Part shown: positions 1-15,589 of the stretch, in pieces
How positions within the stretch are numbered: the stretch's first letter is position 1
How the letters are laid out: each line of letters starts with the position of its first letter
Origin: Eledone cirrhosa
Lineage: Eukaryota
Direction of reading: 5' to 3'
DNA length: 64,000 nucleotides
NCBI GenBank assembly: GCA_964016885.1
Contig: OZ024750.1
Location: forward strand, 15,314,001 to 15,378,000
Notes under the pieces: generated by a model
The model's input: the letters and a program-made list of their open reading frames with translations, nothing else
Database searches by the model: none
Told to the model about the DNA's origin: nothing
Translations under genes and position numbers: made by a program

Positions 1-101
1 TTCTAGTCCTGTAGAATCTCATCTATATTAAAACTGTTATACTCTGCTATGTATTGAGTACCTTACTTACTGTGGTTACCTCCGATTCAACCCGGAATAA
101 C
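1..101 (+). mobile_element. 3' part of the hammerhead-bearing element also at 26706-26840 (cut by the window edge)
   Basis: ttctagtcctgtagaatctcatct...cccggaataacg matches 26737-26838 with about 2 substitutions; ends in (TA)n. Confidence 0.8.
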
Positions 102-910
102 GTATATATATATATATATATAAAGACATGAAAAAATCTCGGAAGATATCTATGATTCAGCGAATATGCAGTGGTTTCCACGAACAATTATTAGTTAGGT
201 TCTAAGGAAAATTCCGCGAATAACTGGAACTGTTAATGCCGGGGGTACACTGTATTATTTGTGTGTATATCTATAACCTATCTCTTAAACACTTAAAATG
301 GCATATTGATATTTTATACTTGTTAGTTGTTTTAATTAAATGGCACGAAATGTCCACTTGGTCTGTTAGTTATAATTATATTGATATTTGGAAATTACAT
401 TGTTCGTTTCAAGTACATATTCCTATTTCTTTTTTTTTTTTTTTTTTTCGCGTTGAATGAAGAGATTTTCCATTATCATATATTTGCAATAGATTTTAAT
501 TATAAGTTTGTGTTTAGGTACGATACATAAGTACATGTTTTGTTTTATTAACTGTTTAAAGACTTATAGATTTATTCATGCTTTGATCAAGTGGGATGCA
601 TTTGGTTCACATACAATATGAGAAGTGTTAATGGTTTTACTGAATAATAATTTTCTCATATCAGTGTCAGTGAGTTTGATTGTATATTACTCTATGGTAT
701 AGTCATCTACTGTATTTGTGTATCTATTGTTAACTAACGTTTGTTAGCAAAACATAAAGCAAAATTATTTTCATTCAAAATGAATATAATAAAAGAGAAA
801 TTAACAATCATCGCTTTCATCAATAGATACCTTATATAACAAATGGACTATTCGTCTAGCGTTCTTGATAAGTTATAATATAAGGTCAATTAAAATAGAT
901 AAATAAATTT

Positions 911-961
<51 letters not shown>

Positions 962-1005
962 GTTTAGATCGATATCCAGTATATATATTTATACATACAC
1001 ACACG

Positions 1006-1365
<360 letters not shown>

Positions 1366-2854
1366 TATATATATATACATATAAATATACATATACATTT
1401 TTTAACGAATATATTACTTTAACGTCTCGAAGCTTATATAAAGATCTTATTATTAATATTATCGTGTAAGAAGTGATGTTCTACTTCTGCATGCTGAGTT
1501 AAAGGATATATTATTTTGGTATAAATGTAACTGAAAAATATATAAAATAGTAAATAGAGGGAAAGTAAGAGATTCAGATATTGGACACCATAGCATTTTC
1601 AATATTGCGTCACCATAGCATTTTCAATATTGCGTCAAACATTTTCATCCAAAACAAAGTTAATACTATAATCGAAATATACAATCCTCACATTTATTTA
1701 AGGTTTCTGGCAGCAAAACCTTATTGGTTCTTGTACCAAAACCGATATAAAAACTAACAAACAAACATATTTCTATCTTTTCTTACCATTCTGTAATTCT
1801 TCCACGTTTCTGTTCTGCCTTTGAGAACCCAGATATTCTGAAAATTGTCGATGTAGAAAAGACGAATTTCAGATTAAATTAATAATAAAAGTAAGAACGA
1901 CAAGGTTGGGAGGAGGATGGGAAGAAGTATAAGAATGAGAAAGGGGAGTAGAAAAAGAAGAGGAAGGAGAGGAAGAAAAAGAGAATTCTGTTTGAGTTTG
2001 ATTGATCTGGATAATTCGCCAATAACAATGATTTATAAACAAAAAATTAAATGCAACAAAAATAACTAATATGTTGAAAGTTGGTAAAATTTATTGATTC
2101 TTAACCTATGTATTGATGTATTGGGAATGTTCATGTAAATGAATGTACGTGTAAAGAAACTATCGGAACGAGATTCATATCAAAAGTTACAATATATATA
2201 AAGATTATATCATCCAGCTCAAGATTAACAATGACGGAATGGATACTGCTGTATGAATATACGATAATTCGTGCAAGGAAAACTCGACATTAACACCCAA
2301 AAACAGTGATATCTCAAGAAAATAATGAGAATCTTAATTTACCCCCTTAATCTCGCAAATGAAACAAAAATAGGATGACGAAGAATTGGTTTCTATTCAA
2401 CATGCAATAATTTCGAGTGACACCAGAAATCCACGAGAATATATTCACATATAATTTGGAAAGAAAATAACCCACACTTAAATAAGGCAGAATATCAAGA
2501 CGCAAACAAACTTAAGACGATACATTCTAAAAGAAAACGAAAATATAAAAAATTAAATCGTAAGTTACAGGGGTTGTTTTTTACCTTAATTTATTGATAT
2601 GTCCTGATATTTTGAGATTACTGTCTCTTCTTCCGAGGAAAATAAAGGAACTATTCTTGCTATACCATGAACATTTGAATAATATAATACCTAAGTTAAT
2701 ACCAAATTTGGAATCCTGTTATTTTCATAGATTCACTGACAGTCTATTTAGTTCTGTTTCAACGTGATGCGAATACGGGTAACAAAATGACCCTCGGAGG
2801 TCATATGACATACTTTGACGAACGATTCTTTATCTACCCGGACATAGTATAGGG

Positions 2855-3212
2855 CAAGGGTGTGCAACATATTCCATTGGCGGGCCACTTTTCAATATTG
2901 GAACAACTATTAGAGCCAGTCACTGTCAAAAATATGTAATCTAATGAAAACCAGTGAATTGAGTCATAAATACATTGTGAATATATTTTTAAACAATAAA
3001 GACAAATAACATGGAACTGGGAAATTATAACACACATAACCCTATCAATGAAGCCCTTTAGTATAGGTCATCTAACAGAAAATTGTATTACGGTTACGCA
3101 AAAAATTCTAAATAAACATACAAGATAAAAATTAAAAATGGTCGTCGCGGGCCACTCTGACTAGTCTGGCGGGCCGGATTGCGGTCCGCAGGTCGCCTGT
3201 TAGACGTGCCTG
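2855..3212. mobile_element. Non-autonomous hAT (Charlie-like) MITE
   Basis: Ends CAAGGGTGTGCAAC and GTTAGACGTGCCTG, subterminal GCGGGCC motifs, and an 8-bp TSD GTATAGGG/GTATAGGT. Confidence 0.7.
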
Positions 3213-6200
3213 GTATAGGTGATGGAATAGTACTGTTGTAGATTTCTATTTTTACTTTATAGTTTTGTAAATATTGTTATTGTCGAGTTTTCAAGAGTTT
3301 CGTAGTAGTTTATATTGAATTACCATGTAGCCAGAAACTCCATGCTCATGAAAATTGTGCACCATTGTGTTTTTATGTGAATCCGTGTCAGCATATCACA
3401 TTAGCTTTACTTATGGTGCTTTTTATGTTTCTTCTGCTGAGGAGGAAGTGGCATGTCAGATGTATCATAGTTAGGTGATGAATATATTTCGTATGTATTG
3501 CGTTACAGGTGTTGTGTAAATTAGTATCAGATCGTGATTGTGTACAGTATGTCGTGTGTGGTTGGTGTAGTATTAATGAACTGCAGATGTGTAAATTATG
3601 AGTTGTGGGGATTGTTGCTGTTTTAGACTCGGAAATCAGTTATGTAAGAGTGTGTATTGTACACATTTATTAGCTGTTAGACTCGTGTATGTGTTATGCG
3701 AGATGCAATATTGTATTCTGTGTTTATTCTACAGGATGAGTGATGTGAACAGAGAGTGTAGTGTTTCAGTGGTATGTTTCAATTGAATTAAATGTGTCTT
3801 GCGTAGGATGTGGGCTATACTTAGAGGACCAATATTGTGGGTATCATCTAGTTCTAACATCTCCAAATACTTGCATCTACTATCTTCTAGTTCCCCCGTG
3901 GTTTCTTCCAATGGCAGTCCTAATCTACTAGAGGCTGTTTTTTCCCTATTTTCCTATTATTCACAGAACATTTGGAAATTCCAAATGCCATACCGATGTC
4001 ATTGCTAAATATATGGACTGTTTTAACCAAAGAATACATTCCACCTGTACAACTTCGTTTTCCACTCTAGCATACTCTTCTGAAGAAAGTTTGTGATGTT
4101 GTCAGCAATTACAAATATCTGCAGGCATTCAACAATCCAAGAATAAGACACCATATTATATGCTTTCCTAAAGTAAAATCCAGACTATAGACATCCTCAT
4201 CATTACCAGGGTTCAGTCGATAATCTTCCCCTTTTGCAGTCCTAACAGTTCGATCATAATTTCCCAGTTCCTGTTGTCGATTTTTCTCCCTGATTTCAAC
4301 TGTAAAAACGGCTTCAGTATTTACTCTAAACTCTCTCTGTTACTCATCTGTAGGTTCCGTTAAACCTTCACTAATCTGAGATATTTATACCTCAGTTAAC
4401 CTACACTGCATCCTAATTACCCTTACTTGATTCATTAGTTTACTTTCTGACACTGAAGATATGTTCTTTTCCATCTCAAAGTCAAAAGTACATCACCCTA
4501 CTCCCCGGCTTCCTTCTAGTTTTGCTCTTTCATGAAATGCAATGAGTGTAGCGTACCTTTTTTTCGTCCACTTGTGTCAAGCTGCGCCACAATTGCTGTG
4601 TGATTGGTTACCAGTATTCCGTACTACCACACTAACGTTTAAGTTCAACTATGTCGAACATACTATACAAGTTCGTGGTCGATGAAAATGTACCAGTGTT
4701 ACACTAATCTAGGTTAATCAACTACATCTTATCTCTACAATTAGTTTTACATGGTGCCACTGTCAGAGAACTCTATCTCAGATCACATATATGTCTATTC
4801 TCATCACCTTAAAATTAGAAACCGATTTGAGAAATCCCATTCAAGATTTTATCAGGAAAGATCTAAAAGATAATAAAAACGAAGTGTTTTAATTGTTGCA
4901 GTATTTTTTCTTTGAATCCTAGAATCAGTTCATAATTGTGGCAATAGGTCTATAGGTCTTATTTTCTTTGTATAATTCCATCATGAGGGAATATATCAGA
5001 ATAAAGAAATCAAAGCGAAAATAAAATGTGTCCAGTTAACCGTGAATAATAATTATTCTATTGACTCATATGTGTAGATATAACACACTTGATTTCATAA
5101 CCATGAAAATATCGCACTGTAGTTTAAGAGGTCAGTGATAATTTTGTTTGATAATATATAAAATATAATAATAAAAAATCAACTTCACGGAAAGCAACAA
5201 TTCTTTAAAATGTAGAAAAAAACCACACGTTAACATTATATCGTTTTCATGATCTATATCTTCTTCAATTTAGTCAGACGAATTTAATTTAATATTGCAA
5301 TGAATAAAGAACTATATAAAATAAATTGAAGTGTGGTATGATGTACAAGATACATCAATGCATATATTGATTACTTATATCGATTCTTAACATACATTCT
5401 ACTCGTATTATTCCTGCATTTATACGTAAATCTACCCGCTGAACCTGACAGTATATCTAACAATGGATTCCTACAATGCCGCTAACATTCACACTATTAT
5501 ATTTGATTGAAGTTCTATTGATAATTACTTTTCACATCGACTCATATATATACACACATACTCACACACCATATACACATGCCCACACATATCGTAGACC
5601 ATGTAACATTGATGTAGCAATATTGATTAGCTTTAGCTTTCTTTATTCCAGTTTACATCTTAATAAATCAAGTAAAAAAAAAATGTTTTTTGAAATACAT
5701 TTATATGCATGATTCTTCGGTTAAGAAAATCATAACTGTAGAAATTATGCCCTTCAAGGGTGTAGTGGAAACCGCAGTAATGTAAAAACTAGGGATGTCA
5801 TAGCATCACAGCATCTATAATAGACACCTAATTTACGAAAGAAGTACAAACATCACAATTCTAATTTAATTCTTTCGCCCAAACATTTGCCTTTTCTGAT
5901 TCTTTGCAGATATTTTTGAAACAAATAAATAGATATGTTACTAATTCTATAGTGTTCGTCTTTGGTGACGAAGAAGCCCTTTGTTAAGTTTGTAGCAATA
6001 TACTAGCAAAACATTTTTATTCCTAGTAAAATTATGGAGACATTGCAACAAATTATTTCACAAATGAAAATAATGATATTACTTTTTTAATAAGAAAATT
6101 TGAAACTTTCACATTTAAAATATTTAAAAGGAATAATGAACTGGTAGGTCTAGAGATCGCTACCCGCTTGTTTTCACGTTATTCGATCACCAATACAAAG

Positions 6201-6555
6201 TTATAACCAGTCAATTCATCGGAGCTTGTGAGAATGAAAAGAATATACAGGCATGGCTACTATATATAGTAGTAATGGCATTCAATCAGAACAATAACAA
6301 CAATACTAACAAAAGTTGGCAATAAATTATTTGAAATAATCACAACATCAATCTAGATGGGAAGTATAGTATATCTACGATTTTAGCGTGTAAAACTAGC
6401 TGACATGAGGCAGATGTATAAAATTGACATGTAAAAGCTGTCATGGGGTGTATTATATCTAGTAAAAAGATAAGCCGGTGTCTTTGAACAATGTAGGTCT
6501 GGTGGCCGTAAGAATCATTTACTATCTGACAGATGAAGAATTTATCACTGTAGTG

Positions 6556-6669
<114 letters not shown>

Positions 6670-7853
6670 AAGTATGTATGTTTATTGATATATATATTAT
6701 ATATATCATTTATTTAACTTTTCAAAAAAGGAAAAAATAGTCTCTTGTTTGTTTGATGCAGATTCTGTTAAAAAGGTTAAATCTTATTCCCAACAGTATA
6801 GTATCGAGACGTATTAACGATATTGCCGATGATGTTAAAGTGAAACTTCATTCTCTATTACATGCAAGCAACACTTACTAAATGAATCTACTTACGTTGC
6901 TGGACTGGCAATTCTAATTGTTTTTATTCGATCTGACTTTAAAATATATATATAAAACTTCCTTTAATGTGAGTTCGTAAATACATACCAAGGTAAATAA
7001 CATATTTATTTATACTATTAATTTTATCAACATGCATGATATAACCTGATATAAGCCTGTTGTTATATGCAATGATGGAAAAGAAGCAATGATTGGAAAA
7101 AGTGTCTAGCGTTGAAACATGAATGACGAATATAGTAAAACACTGCAACTGTAATCACTATGGTTCTTTGTCTGTCATTAGAACCAATTACGTTATGGTT
7201 TACGATCAAAGGTATTCGCTAAGAGGCCGCCTATAAATGAGACAATTGATACTAAATTAGTCTTCTAGACCAGACAGCAATGAGAATAAAAGAAAACAGT
7301 ACCACAGTTTAGTGAAACTCACGGCAACTTTACAATGCTACTGCTTACAGTGATGTAACATTCTAGCATGTAATAACACATTTGTAACTTTGTGGCTTGA
7401 TCCATTAATAATTTAATATCTCAATTTTGGATACACTCTAATAACAATTAGAGAATATTTCCTAACCACTAGTTCATGTGTTACCCTCAAAAGAGACACT
7501 GGACGAACCCGATTTAACAAAATAATATTTCCAAGGGGACATCACTACAGGATAGTTATACATGGCCACCGGCATATCTCAATGATTGCATAACTGCACC
7601 TATGATCGCGTAATCATCTGATGAAGTCACATAAATAACCATTTAACAAAGATATATATCATGCAATAAAAATACTATGTTGAAATAATCCCCGTGTTAG
7701 CTACTCTTATTTGATAAATGAATACTCCGTCACTGATAATCACCAACACCTACCTCGGATAAACTACTGACGTGAAGGGCTTTTGGATCGCTCGGACCGG
7801 CTTATCTTCAAAAAGGTATGACGTAGCCTCTTCTTATAAGGAACATTCTTCTG

Positions 7854-7929
<76 letters not shown>

Positions 7930-8171
7930 AATTATATACGTCGATGATACAACTGTTTAAGGCATTCAGATATTTAAAGCTCTGGTGTGATTTATTCAAT
8001 ATCCAGATTAACGAAAGCCAGTTCAGAGGTAAATCCAAATAGTTAACTTCCGGTCATCGTAGATTTTAAAATCACATAGTATATATAATAGATCACCAAG
8101 GTTTAACAATAATATTTTAATTGTTAAACCATATCGATCTATTATTTGCATTAAATATATATAATATATAT

Positions 8172-8221
<50 letters not shown>

Positions 8222-8226
<5 letters not shown>

Positions 8227-8400
8227 TCTACTTTTCGCACAAGGTCACCAATTATCCCAGTACTGGTACTTTATTTATCGACCCCGTAGGGATGAGAGAT
8301 AAAGTTAAACTCTGCGGGATTTGAAATTAGATCGTAAAGGGCCATAACTCCATGGTGCAAAGTATGGCGTCCGACCCTCTACCGATACTGCCAATCCACC

Positions 8401-8401
<1 letters not shown>
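8222..8401 (-). mobile_element. SINE family 1
   Basis: Reverse complement of the 30571 copy. Confidence 0.8.
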
Positions 8402-8437
<36 letters not shown>

Positions 8438-8499
8438 CTCAAGTATTGAGTCCTCTGCTGTATAATGGCCTTACTATTTTATAACTGACAATTCTGATA

Positions 8500-8597
<98 letters not shown>

Positions 8598-8729
8598 CTG
8601 TGAACAACAATTATAATTGAGTGGCTGCTATTTGCAGTATAGCAATATAAGGTTGCACTTACCAATGAAACGGTCGTAAATAGCTGGATAAAATCCTTCT
8701 CTTAATGCTTACCTGTGTTTTCTCTTTTA

Positions 8730-8766
<37 letters not shown>

Positions 8767-8809
8767 GTTTGTGTATCTGTATGTTTATAGATTTTATATT
8801 ATTTTTCAG

Positions 8810-9019
8810 GTTATCAAGACGTTAGTCATCGTGGTAACGATATTTGTTTTATGCTGGCTTCCGCTACACGTCTTCTTCTTAATTCTTGACTTCGAACCAT
8901 TACTGGCTAAAATATCACCCCAAACATTGACCAGCATATACCTAGGAGTTCACTGGCTTGCAATGTCAAACAGTTTTGCTAATCCGATTATATATGGATT
9001 CACAAATGAAAGTTTTCGG
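8810..9019 (+). CDS. Class A neuropeptide GPCR, internal exon encoding TM6-ECL3-TM7 (tachykinin/leucokinin/luqin-RYamide receptor group)
   Basis: Translates to VIKTLVIVVTIFVLCWLPLHVFF...HWLAMSNSFANPIIYGFTNESFR, with the CWxP and NPxxY motifs and the WLAMSNS motif of this receptor group. Acceptor ttttcag ends at 8809 and donor gtaag starts at 9020; 210 nt, phase 0/0. Upstream exons were not found in the window. Confidence 0.93.
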
Positions 9020-9137
9020 GTAAGATTTCAATTTTTGTTGTGTATTTTCAATTGTTGTGGGGGAAGAAGGAACTCTGTCTATCATTTGCAGCTTAAATTA
9101 ATGCATACATTCATACACATACACGGACACACACCCA

Positions 9138-9214
<77 letters not shown>

Positions 9215-9416
9215 ACACACCAAAATGCACAGGCAGAGTGTTTATTTTAAGAAAAACGATGAAGTTTCGTTTACAAGGAGTTAGCTTTTTTTTTATTAAG
9301 GATTGATCTGTTATGCGTGTGTGCATGTATACACATTTCCTGCTGAGTATCATTTAGCATCACAAATATATAATATCACATACATACATACATACATACA
9401 TACATACATACATACA

Positions 9417-9517
<101 letters not shown>

Positions 9518-9761
9518 CATCGTTTCAAATATTGGCACATCAATAACAGAAACTCACATACACATATATTTATACATAATACATACACCAGCTACAAATA
9601 AATAATGCACACACACAAACTTCCCATATATATATATATATATGTATGTATATATGCGTATATATAGATATATAATATATGATATTATATATTTGTGATG
9701 CTAAATGATACTCAGCGGGAAATGTGTATACATATATACATATATGTATATCTATCTATCA

Positions 9762-9848
<87 letters not shown>

Positions 9849-9854
9849 TATATT

Positions 9855-9894
<40 letters not shown>

Positions 9895-10529
9895 TACATA
9901 TATGTATATATATGACATTTTGGTAAATATATATATATATATGTATATATATATATTGGTGATGCTAAATGATAGTCAGCGGGAAGTGAGGAGAACATTC
10001 ATTGATTGTTTCTAGCTACATAATGGAAATTCTAGTCTTGTAAGAAACTCTATAGATTGTTTTGTTTTCTTCGACGTCGGAATATTTTATTCAGAATGAA
10101 AATTTGGTTTGTTGCTATTATTTCTATTCAAATTGCTGTAAATGATATTAATAAAATTACTTTTATTCTTAGGCACTAGTAGAAATTTAAAGAGTAATTA
10201 TATTTCTTAGACAGCATAGTTTTACCTTGTCAACTTACTATATACCACATGCCAGGGTCTTCATTACAGACATTCAGTGAAAAGCCGTCACAAAATGTAC
10301 CTGTTTAGAATATCATCATTTGTTGATGGTAAAATGATAGTAGTAGAAATGCAAACATTTTGTACAAGCACACCACTAACTTTCTAACTTTAAGCGTATG
10401 AGTTTCACAGTCAACCCTGAAGTTTTATATTTCTACGTTCAAATCCATTGTCGTCGGTTTTCATTCCAATGACTACATAATCGGTACTTCAGATGACATT
10501 AAATATCAAAAAATAAGGCGATAAATAAA

Positions 10530-11010
10530 GCAAAAGAAAGCAGCTTTTGCTGTGCCTGGTGGCAGGAAGACCTCTTGGTTCAATCAAGAGGTCAAAGATG
10601 CCATCCAAACAAAGGCTGAAGCCTACAAATCTTGGCTTGGAAATAAGTCTTTCTTTTTGCACTTGCGATACAAAAAGGCGTGGAACGTATCATTAGAGAT
10701 AGTAAATGTGTCCTAATTTAAGACATGAGAGGACTTGGGGGTGGAGCTGGTATCAGATCAGCAAATAAAGTGTTCTGGCAGATCATCCACCGACTTTGTA
10801 ATGAGAAGACCCCCTAAACACCTGCTATCAGAAACGCGTCTGGATTTCTTCTCTCTTCAAAGAGTTGGTTGCATCCTTGCGAAGTGGAGAGAGTATGTTG
10901 TTGATCTCTTAAACCCAGTTGCAGCAACATTTTCTGACGTACACAAGATGCATCAAAACTTTCGGAGGCTGAGGTCAATACATGTTTACATTTGTTGTAC
11001 CTTCAGCCGA
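10530..11010 (+). mobile_element. Degenerate RTE-type LINE fragment (EN-RT linker)
   Basis: RKTSWFNQEVKDAIQTKAEAYKSWL and ILAKWREYVVDLLN match typical RTE linker motifs; stops and frameshifts present. Confidence 0.6.
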
Positions 11011-12802
11011 AGTTAAAGATACGATTACAGACTTCCATGTGAAACCAGAAACAAATAGTTGTGTTCACAGATAGAATATAATATACATATATTTATTTCA
11101 ATATGTCTCTTCGTATTAGTTATATTTATGTATTAATATATATATTATCACAGTAAATATTATATTATTTTTTCCCTTTTATTCGGTTATCTCGTTAATC
11201 GCTTTAAAAAAAGCCTATTTGGAATGTTACTACATCATATTTAGCAACATAACTGATATAACCAATGTGTAAGGAATTAATTACTTTACTCAAAAGTTGA
11301 ATAAATTTGAATTTACCTTCACTGAGTACGCATGTAAATGCGATTATATATGTCTGGGTGGTTGTATGTCTATTAAATTCTAGAACGTACACAGGCACCG
11401 CTTCTTTATATTCAAGTTTGTACGTATGAATGGATCCGCATCTCCTCCTGGAGTCGTAGAAGCGTGTCTTCGGCATGTTAAACCTGGAAGAGTCCATCCT
11501 TCTCTAGGTCTCTCCCAGAGGAGAGAGAATGATAGAGAGAAAGTGTGAAAGATATATAGAGGAAGAATAGACTCCAATATTGGACTGGTACTTTTTTATT
11601 GACTCCCAACAGGATAATTAATTGATCTCAGCGGCTTTAAACTCAGGGTGCAGAAAGTCAGAACAAATAATGCAAATATTCTATTCAACCTTCTAACAAC
11701 TCTGCTAATTTACCACCGATGTAACAAAGTTTGTAGTTGATTAAATTAATATCAGTGCCTCAGATGCGTTTGTTAGATATTTTACGATGTGTTGAATTAT
11801 AGATATAATTTACGATGTGTGGATTTATTCTGAATACATCAAGATACATACCACAAAATCCAGTAGACTGTGTCGGTAATTTGCCAAGAACTGAATACTC
11901 GCACATGACCAAAGTCATATTGATCGAATTGTAGTAATGATAGTAATGCCTTCCTAATTGAAGTGAATTACATTCAATCTTAATTAAACTATATGGTACA
12001 CGGTTTAGAAATCTTTATCCGAAATATATCAAAATAAAACTCTAATGTATTTGCAATTCTTACTAGATTTTATGTTTGATACATTTAGCAATAATTCTGA
12101 ATGAAGTTGTTCAGATAGATGTAAAATTGTTTGTAAGAGACAGCTTTCCAATTGAAATTTTGTAAGGAAGCAGATAACTCCATTACCTTGCCTATGATGT
12201 CTTTTGAAGTTGATAAGAACATCATTGAGATACTGTTAGTGATAGATTTTCTACATCATGACTCCAATAAATCTCTTCGCTTAAGTAATGGTACGAATGT
12301 ATTGTGAATGAAATTAAATGTTCGCAGTGTTCAAGACGTACATTAAAGAAGAAAATCTTCAATTTTTATACATCCATATATGTATCTCTAAGTGTACGTG
12401 TGTATGTCGAACTTGTATTGATCAAAAGTAATATACTCACCAGTTCAAATGATAGATGAAAAGAACCACGTACAAGGCATGAGGCATACCTAATTCATTT
12501 AACTATCAGACAATATTGATCCATTTTCTGAATTATACCTAGGCCTAACAAAGTTGCACAGTAGGAGAGTATTATGCTGATGACTTTCTCACATATTTTG
12601 GCCATGGAAGTGAAATAGTATACCTCGAATCGTGATCGAAAACAGTTCTGATACTTAGTTTTAAAAGATTTAATTTAACGTCACTATTCATCACTATATA
12701 TCAAATCTTTCAGAGGTATAACAGTAATGTTCAAACTTCGACTGTAAGTACATCGATCGATGCTACTTATTATAAATAAATAAAGAAATCATTATATTCT
12801 GC

Positions 12803-12877
<75 letters not shown>

Positions 12878-13011
12878 TAAAGGTTAAACAAGGTTCAATG
12901 AATAAATCAAAGAATGAGTTAAGTTTTGATTTATCATTTATATATATATACAGTATATATATATATATATATACATATATATATGTATATATATGTATAT
13001 ATATATGAATA

Positions 13012-13117
<106 letters not shown>

Positions 13118-13184
13118 TATACATATATATATGTATATATATATATAATATAAGATCAAAAGATGGTTAAAAGAGTTCCAAGTG

Positions 13185-13251
13185 TTTTATTATGCGCATT
13201 TCAAAAACAAATATCATCATGAGATGATATCTGCGTTTTCATCAGATAAAA
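13185..13251 (-). ncRNA. Minimal type I hammerhead motif
   Basis: Minus strand: TTTTAT-CTGATGA-aaacgcagatatcatc-tcat-gatgatatttgttttt-GAAA-tgcgca-TA-ATAAAA. Long stem II and palindromic ATGCGCAT stem III. Confidence 0.75.
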
Positions 13252-13424
13252 TAGAGATACATGATATGAAGCTTAAAAAACACTTGTGAATAGTGAAGTT
13301 TTAAATCAACATATGTTGATATCTTTTGATCTTATATTATTTATACTCCAATCCTACAAACTGTAGAGTGCTACTTATCCGATATTTGCATTGCTTTATT
13401 GTACTACAATAAAACCCACCTCCT

Positions 13425-13541
<117 letters not shown>

Positions 13542-14110
13542 ATATTTGGGGAGGGTCATATTTGCGTAATATTGCCAGAATTAATAACAGAACACACTCA
13601 CTGTTTGGTTGGTTTTCGCTTCTCGCTGTCTTTTATATATATATATCTGCGATCTAACTTACTCGGTCCTCAATGTTGCCATTGACTGACCGGCGGTCAA
13701 AAATAATACAGATACAATATAGACACAAACACATATATATAGTTTACATAATTTACATAAATCTTTCGTTGCACATCTGCAACATCGTCAGTGGTGTTAT
13801 ATTCATTGTTCCTCCTGTTGTGTTGTATGTCTACGCCATTTTTTTTTGTTCAGTCTGTCTATATATTTATTTATTTATTTGCTTGTTTGTTTATCTTATT
13901 TTATTTTGTCTTCTTTGCGCATGCGTTTGCGTGTGTATATAGTGTTATGTGTGATGTGTGACTAGTGTGTATAGTGTTGTGTCTGCTGGGTGACTAGTGT
14001 GTGTTTATGTGCTTGTGTATGTATTTATTTATCTTATTTTACAAATATAACAATATCTGTTTCGACACACGATTTCATATAAAAAACCTCGCAAAACTAA
14101 TTCATCGCCG

Positions 14111-14141
<31 letters not shown>

Positions 14142-14332
14142 AATGATAAATCAAAACTTAACAGATATGTTTAAACGTTTGTGTTTCTCAATAAGTAAGC
14201 TCAATAGACTTTATCTAGAGCCATAAAAACCAAGCTAAATATATATACAATATACCGAGTTTCTCTTACGATATATGGCCCTTTTTCTCTGTCTATAAAC
14301 ATATATCTTTTAACTTGGTTTATATATATATG

Positions 14333-14366
<34 letters not shown>

Positions 14367-14550
14367 GAACCGTGTGTGTGTATATATGTGTGTGTGGACC
14401 GGTGATTATAGTCACGAAGCTCATCAATATTCTTCTGTTGAATATGAATTTGGTATATATACAATATACTGTGTTTCGTTCATGATCTATGGCCCTATCT
14501 CTCTCTATAAACATATAACTTTTAACTTGATTTATATATATATGTGTGTG

Positions 14551-14641
<91 letters not shown>

Positions 14642-15145
14642 TAATTATCATTTTGATTACTTCGTTAATGCCTTCAATAATGTCTATAGAATCCCATTTC
14701 CTTCTTGTCTTCAGTTTATGACCTTGCACTCATTCAACAATTCATTGAATTGATTTAAAATTTCGATTATTTTCTAAAATAGAAATTTAATAGTAGAATA
14801 TATTAAATAGTGTCGATCGATTTACATTGAGATCAAGTACTTATAGATATATATGTCAACGATTGCACTGATGGTTTTCATCATACAGCAAGCAATGTCA
14901 ACTTCTTCATAAATGATCAAATTTGACTCATTTACAGGGTCACGTGAATTCGGGAAACTAGGATGTGAAATGGAATACTGAAACATTAGAACTTCGTGTG
15001 AAATTGAAGAAAGAATAAAACTATAAAACAAAATACTTTTGTTATATATGTTTCTGTATATATATATATATATATAATACATATAATATGTATATATATA
15101 AATATAATACATATACATAAATATATGTTATATATATATAAATAT

Positions 15146-15255
15146 AATTGTTTCTACGTTAGGCACAAGGCCAGCAATTACCCAGTTCATTACTGGTACT
15201 TTATTTTATCGACCCCGTAAGGATGAAAGGCAAAGTCAACCTCGGCGGGATTTGA
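15146..15255 (-). mobile_element. SINE family 1, 5'-truncated
   Basis: 3' half only. Confidence 0.75.
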
Positions 15256-15390
15256 TTATATATATATAAATATAATATATTTATATATATATAAATATTA
15301 TATATATGTATATATAATATATATATATATTTTATATATATATATATATAGATTTTGAGTTTATGTTGGTTATATACCATACTAATTCAA

Positions 15391-15445
15391 ACTGCCTGAA
15401 GAGGTCACAGCCAAAGATGGCTGTCACTGAAATATATATAGCAGT
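15391..15445 (+). ncRNA. Minimal type I hammerhead motif (intronic, sense to the GPCR)
   Basis: ACTGC-CTGAAGA-ggtcacagcc-aaagat-ggctgtcact-GAAA-tatata-TA-GCAGT: 5-bp stem I, palindromic stem/loop III, followed by AATAAA and a (TA)n tract. Confidence 0.78.
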
Positions 15446-15488
15446 AATAAACGAAGCTAAATTTTAATCATTTGACTTTTATTTAACT

Positions 15489-15584
<96 letters not shown>

Positions 15585-15589
15585 CTATT

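Noticed and set aside
1586-1637. Short local tandem duplications (also ~27225-27285, ~45415-45480, ~58020-58125)
   Set aside because: Ordinary slippage duplications with no further structure.
7618-7640. CTGATGA as a hammerhead core
   Set aside because: No stem II or GAAA follows at a suitable distance.
8705-9250. 181-aa ORF as a complete protein
   Set aside because: Only 8810-9019 is GPCR-like and bounded by splice sites; the rest is read-through into intronic microsatellites.
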